From: Aliivibrio fischeri ES114
Lineage (GTDB): Bacteria > Pseudomonadota > Gammaproteobacteria > Enterobacterales > Vibrionaceae
DNA: 32,000 bases
Assembly: GCF_000011805.1 (NCBI RefSeq)
Contig: NC_006840.2
Direction: 5' to 3' (one strand)
The position numbers and the translations under genes are program-made. This document shows positions 28,420 through 32,000 of the stretch, in pieces (the stretch's first letter is position 1; each line of letters opens with the position of its first letter). A model generated the notes under the pieces. The model was not told where the DNA came from, did not search any database, and worked only from the letters and a program-made list of their open reading frames with translations.

Positions 28420-28443
28420 AAGCCGCATTCCCTGCGGCTTTTT
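28420..28443 (+). terminator. Intrinsic terminator in plus orientation
   Basis: AAGCCGCA-TTCCC-TGCGGCTTTTT. Confidence 0.65.
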
Positions 28444-28465
28444 ACTATCTATCTAAACCTAACTC

Positions 28466-29365
28466 TTACGGCTCTTCAGAAATTGGTTTTGGCTTGTAGT
28501 GCTCTGAATTCAAACCAAAGTACTCAGGTAAACTTGTACCTACCGAGATAGAAGACCAAGTACCTGTTACGATACCGATGAACATCGCAATCGCAAAGCC
28601 CTCTAGTGGACCGCCACCTAATAACCATAAAGAACCAACAGTGATTAGGGTAGTACCTGATGTCACCATAGTACGAGAGAAGGTTGCCGCAACTGCCTCG
28701 TTATTGATCTCTTGGATAGATAACTCAGGCTTGGCAATTAACAGCTCACGGATCCTATCTGCAATGATGATAGAGTCATTTAACGAGTAACCTAAAATCG
28801 CCAAAATAGCGGCTAGGGTGGTTAAGTTAAACTCCATTTGAGTCGCAGCAAAGAAACCAAGTACAAACACGATATCGTGGGTTAGGGCAAACAGAGAGCC
28901 AGAAGCCAAACGCCATTCAAAACGGTAGCTTAAATACGCTAAGATAACCAAAACCGACACCAATAATGCCATGCCACCTTGTTCAGTTAGCTCTTGGCCT
29001 ACTTGTGGACCAACGATACTGGTATTTAATACTTGAACATCGGTATGCAGAGGAGCAAGTACCTCAGTCAGTGGTGGAAGTTCAGTACCATGTGGTGGAA
29101 TCGCATAACGCAGAACCCAACGACCCGGCTCACCAGAGGCAATAACAGCAACATCTTGTTTAAAGCCGGCATCCAATAATGGTGCAATTTCACTGTTGGT
29201 GATTTTGCTATCCAGTTGAACTTCACTCACGATACCGCCAGTAAAATCCAAGCCCCAGTTAAGGCCTTTGGTTGCGATCATCGTTAATGCAAAAATCATT
29301 AAACATACCGAAACCACACTCGTCATGTGACGCCATTTTGTTGCATTTTTCATATTTATAAACAT
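28466..29365 (-). CDS. secF: Protein translocase subunit SecF
   Basis: GLDFTGGIVSEVQL, AILGYSLNDSIIIADRIREL, SGTTLITVGSLWLLGG. Confidence 0.93.
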   Translation of the reverse strand: MFINMKNATKWRHMTSVVSVCLMIFALTMIATKGLNWGLDFTGGIVSEVQLDSKITNSEIAPLLDAGFKQDVAVIASGEPGRWVLRYAIPPHGTELPPLTEVLAPLHTDVQVLNTSIVGPQVGQELTEQGGMALLVSVLVILAYLSYRFEWRLASGSLFALTHDIVFVLGFFAATQMEFNLTTLAAILAILGYSLNDSIIIADRIRELLIAKPELSIQEINNEAVAATFSRTMVTSGTTLITVGSLWLLGGGPLEGFAIAMFIGIVTGTWSSISVGTSLPEYFGLNSEHYKPKPISEEP

Positions 29366-29368
29366 AAC

Positions 29369-31192
29369 TTAAACCCTAACATCATGACGAGAATCACGAC
29401 CCCAAACTAAATTGATAATGGCACGTGAAGCGAAGATGCCGGTGAACATACTGGTTAATAGACCTAAGCCCAGTGTTAATGCAAAGCCTTGGATAGGGCC
29501 ATTACCTATGGTGTATAGAACCACTGCGGTAATCATGGTGGTGAAGTTGGCATCAAAAATGGTACCAAATGCACTACTAAAACCTCTATCAATGGCTTGA
29601 GCCAATGTTCGACCTTCTTTCTGTTTATCTTTAATACGTTCAAATATCAGTACGTTGGTATCAACCGCCATACCTACGGTCAGTACAAGACCTGCAATCC
29701 CCGGAAGCGTAAGAACAGCACCCGGAATAAGAGCAAGCAGACCAAATAGCATTACCATGTTGCCAATAAGTGCAATGTTGGCAACCCAGCCTAAGCGACG
29801 GTACCACACCGCCATAAATAGCAGCGTTAAACCAAGACCAAGACCTAAAGCCGCAAAACCGTTTTGGATGTTTTCAGCACCTAGCGTTGGACCAATAGTA
29901 CGTTCTTCAACGATGGTTACAGGCGCAGTTAATGAACCAGCACGTAGAAGTAGAGCAAGCTCTTGAGATTCTTGAAGAGAACCAGAACCTGTGATTCTAA
30001 AGCGGCTACCTAACTGACTTTGAATCGTCGCAACACTGATGATTTGGTTACTTTGCTCTGTGTTACCTGCGCTATCACGGCTGTATTCGTTGTATGAGGT
30101 TGCCATTGGCTTGCCCACATTGTGACGAGAAAACTCAGACATGATTTTGCCGCCTGAACTATCAAGAACAATGTTTACTTCTGCCATGCCCATTTCACCA
30201 AGACTCGCACGTGCATCAACAATGTGATCACCCGTTAGTACTGGTTTTCTGCCTACACGAACTGGTTGGCCGTTTTGGTCAGGAATAACCATTGTGCTGC
30301 CAGTGCCTTGTTCTTTTACTGCGTAGAAAGCAAGACTTGCTGTCGCACCGATAACGTTTTTCGCCGCTGCTGGATCTTGAACACCTGGAAGCTCGATACG
30401 AATGCGGTTTTCACCTTGACGCTGAACCAGTGCTTCGGTAATACCTAACTCTTCAATACGGCTACGCATGGTTTGAAGGTTTTGCTGTACTGTTAGGTTA
30501 CGTACGGCAATTTTTTCATCTTCTTTTAGCGTTAATTTAAGATCAAAACCGTCATCATTGGTGATTTGCCAAGTAGGGTAGTTTTTATGAATGAATTGAC
30601 GAGCTGCGTGGCTTGCTTCTTCTGAAGGTAAGTGAACCACTAGCGTATCACTGTCTACTTTTTGTAAGCGAACTGAGCGAATACGTTCTTCACGTAACTC
30701 TTGTTTTAGCGAGTCAGCTAATTCGTTACGTTGTGCTTGGTAAACTTGGTTTACGTCCACATCCAGTAAGAATTGCACACCGCCACGTAAATCAAGACCG
30801 AGTTTGATTGGTTCAAAGCCCATGTTTTGTAGCCAAGCTGGTGCAGCAGGTGCAAGTGACAATGCTAGTGTGGTGCCTTTTTGGCTTTCATCAATCACTG
30901 AACCAAGCACATCTTTAGCGGCAACTTGTTGTGCTTCATCTTTCAAAATAACGATGGTTTTATCGCCTTTTTGTTCGATGCGTTTTACGTTAATGCCTTG
31001 CTCAGTCAAGGTGTTTTGTAGTGATACAATCGATGGAATGTGTCCATCTTTGTTGGTGATTTGCACGGCGGCATCTTCACCATACCAAGTCGGGATCGCA
31101 CTCAATAATAGAATAACAAGGGTCGTAATAAGTACGATGTATTTCCATTTAGAATAATGGTTCAGTCGCTGTATTGGTTGTTTTCTTTGCAT
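29369..31192 (-). CDS. secD: Protein translocase subunit SecD
   Basis: LGLDLRGGVQFLLDVD, GLVLTVGMAVDTNVLIFERIKDKQKEG, NFTTMITAVVLY. Confidence 0.93.
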   Translation of the reverse strand: MQRKQPIQRLNHYSKWKYIVLITTLVILLLSAIPTWYGEDAAVQITNKDGHIPSIVSLQNTLTEQGINVKRIEQKGDKTIVILKDEAQQVAAKDVLGSVIDESQKGTTLALSLAPAAPAWLQNMGFEPIKLGLDLRGGVQFLLDVDVNQVYQAQRNELADSLKQELREERIRSVRLQKVDSDTLVVHLPSEEASHAARQFIHKNYPTWQITNDDGFDLKLTLKEDEKIAVRNLTVQQNLQTMRSRIEELGITEALVQRQGENRIRIELPGVQDPAAAKNVIGATASLAFYAVKEQGTGSTMVIPDQNGQPVRVGRKPVLTGDHIVDARASLGEMGMAEVNIVLDSSGGKIMSEFSRHNVGKPMATSYNEYSRDSAGNTEQSNQIISVATIQSQLGSRFRITGSGSLQESQELALLLRAGSLTAPVTIVEERTIGPTLGAENIQNGFAALGLGLGLTLLFMAVWYRRLGWVANIALIGNMVMLFGLLALIPGAVLTLPGIAGLVLTVGMAVDTNVLIFERIKDKQKEGRTLAQAIDRGFSSAFGTIFDANFTTMITAVVLYTIGNGPIQGFALTLGLGLLTSMFTGIFASRAIINLVWGRDSRHDVRV

Positions 31193-31322
31193 AATAATTT
31201 CACCTCACATACGACAATGCGTATGCGAAAAAGTCACAAATCTAGCTAGATCAAATGCTTATATAGATTGGTATAAGTACAGAAATAACTAAGTGATAAA
31301 TCGATGGATTTTGAATGTGAAA

Positions 31323-31892
31323 TTAAGCAGCAGGGAACAGTCGATGACTGTAGAGGAGGTTACTTTCTTTCCAAGCAGAGACTCGAGAAACCGATGAATA
31401 GCTGTATAACGCCCAATCAACACTTGGTTTTGGCTTTTCTTGATAACCAATAGTTAATTGTTCAGCAGGGATAGCTGGGATCTCTAACGCTAATTCATAA
31501 ACAGGAAAGACTTCTTCTGGCTCATGGCGTGCTAGGTTTGCCATACGAGATGAGTTACCTACACCAAGGTTTACATTATGGCCTTGAGAAGAATTTTGAG
31601 AATGGGAAGAGAGCGTATTGCTTGGGGTGTCTGTGACATTACAAGTTAAGAAGTCAACTTGATGTGTCAATGACGGGTCTAAAGTAAGGTTCACTTGAAT
31701 GGTAGAATGTTGCTCGATAGTGAAATCGGCAATTACGGTGTCACTGTTTTGCTGATATGAAGATGCCTGAGCAAGCGAACTTACCCCTAAGCATAAACAG
31801 ATGATCAGTAATCGAAACAGTTGTACCACGAAAAATCCAGTGATGTGATAATAGACCATCGCATCGTATTCGATGAATGGCCTTACTGGCAA
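31323..31892 (-). CDS. Hypothetical exported protein
   Basis: 189 aa ORF with an internal signal-like hydrophobic segment (LFRLLIICLCLGVSSLAQAS); exact start uncertain. Confidence 0.5.
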   Translation of the reverse strand: MPVRPFIEYDAMVYYHITGFFVVQLFRLLIICLCLGVSSLAQASSYQQNSDTVIADFTIEQHSTIQVNLTLDPSLTHQVDFLTCNVTDTPSNTLSSHSQNSSQGHNVNLGVGNSSRMANLARHEPEEVFPVYELALEIPAIPAEQLTIGYQEKPKPSVDWALYSYSSVSRVSAWKESNLLYSHRLFPAA

Positions 31893-32000
31893 GTGAAATT
31901 AATGGATTAATAAAAATTGATGTAATTTTTGTTGTTTATTTCGCTTTATTTTCTTGCTGCATTCTTTGATTCAAAGCGTTCAAGTACATGATCAATAAAA

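Noticed and set aside
28578-31157. Plus-strand ORFs at 28578, 29412, 29655, 30266, 30804 and minus-internal 30613
   Set aside because: All antisense to or otherwise within secF/secD; no independent evidence for coding.
1-32000. Searched by eye for CRISPR arrays, transposases, integrases, tRNA and rRNA
   Set aside because: No regularly spaced repeats, transposase-like proteins or RNA gene signatures were recognised. The 99-bp period in 23216-23371 is a protein-coding duplication, not a CRISPR array.

Overview
The window looks like Vibrionaceae DNA, probably Aliivibrio (inferred from gene content and base composition, not tested). Its left half (about 1-16.9 kb) is a nearly complete aryl polyene (APE) type II polyketide cluster. 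In order it encodes: a truncated methyltransferase and a lipoprotein on the minus strand; then on the plus strand a Cys-less KS-like chain-length factor, an acyltransferase, two tandem ACPs, a COG4648-type membrane protein, an AMP ligase, a dehydratase, a glycosyltransferase-acyltransferase fusion, a MIO-type aromatic amino acid ammonia-lyase, a thioesterase, a LolA-like protein, an MMPL-type exporter, a DUF3261-type lipoprotein, a KS, a second dehydratase, a KR and a second KS. The exporter reading frame is broken over about 350 nt, in a way that suggests several indels or poor sequence rather than one mutation. The right half holds ordinary chromosomal genes (META-domain protein, rplY, a cytochrome c-type protein, a radD-like helicase, a PLD/cardiolipin synthase-like lipoprotein, a CZB-domain chemoreceptor, secD/secF) and several smaller points of interest: a perfect 38-nt palindrome between rplY and the cytochrome gene, a structured candidate rplY leader, a TetR/GNAT/YjhX-like three-gene set with two similar candidate operators, and a lipoprotein with an internal 33-residue repeat. 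The APE cluster is a known class. I did not find convincing evidence of an entirely new system. No tRNA, rRNA, CRISPR array or transposase was recognised.
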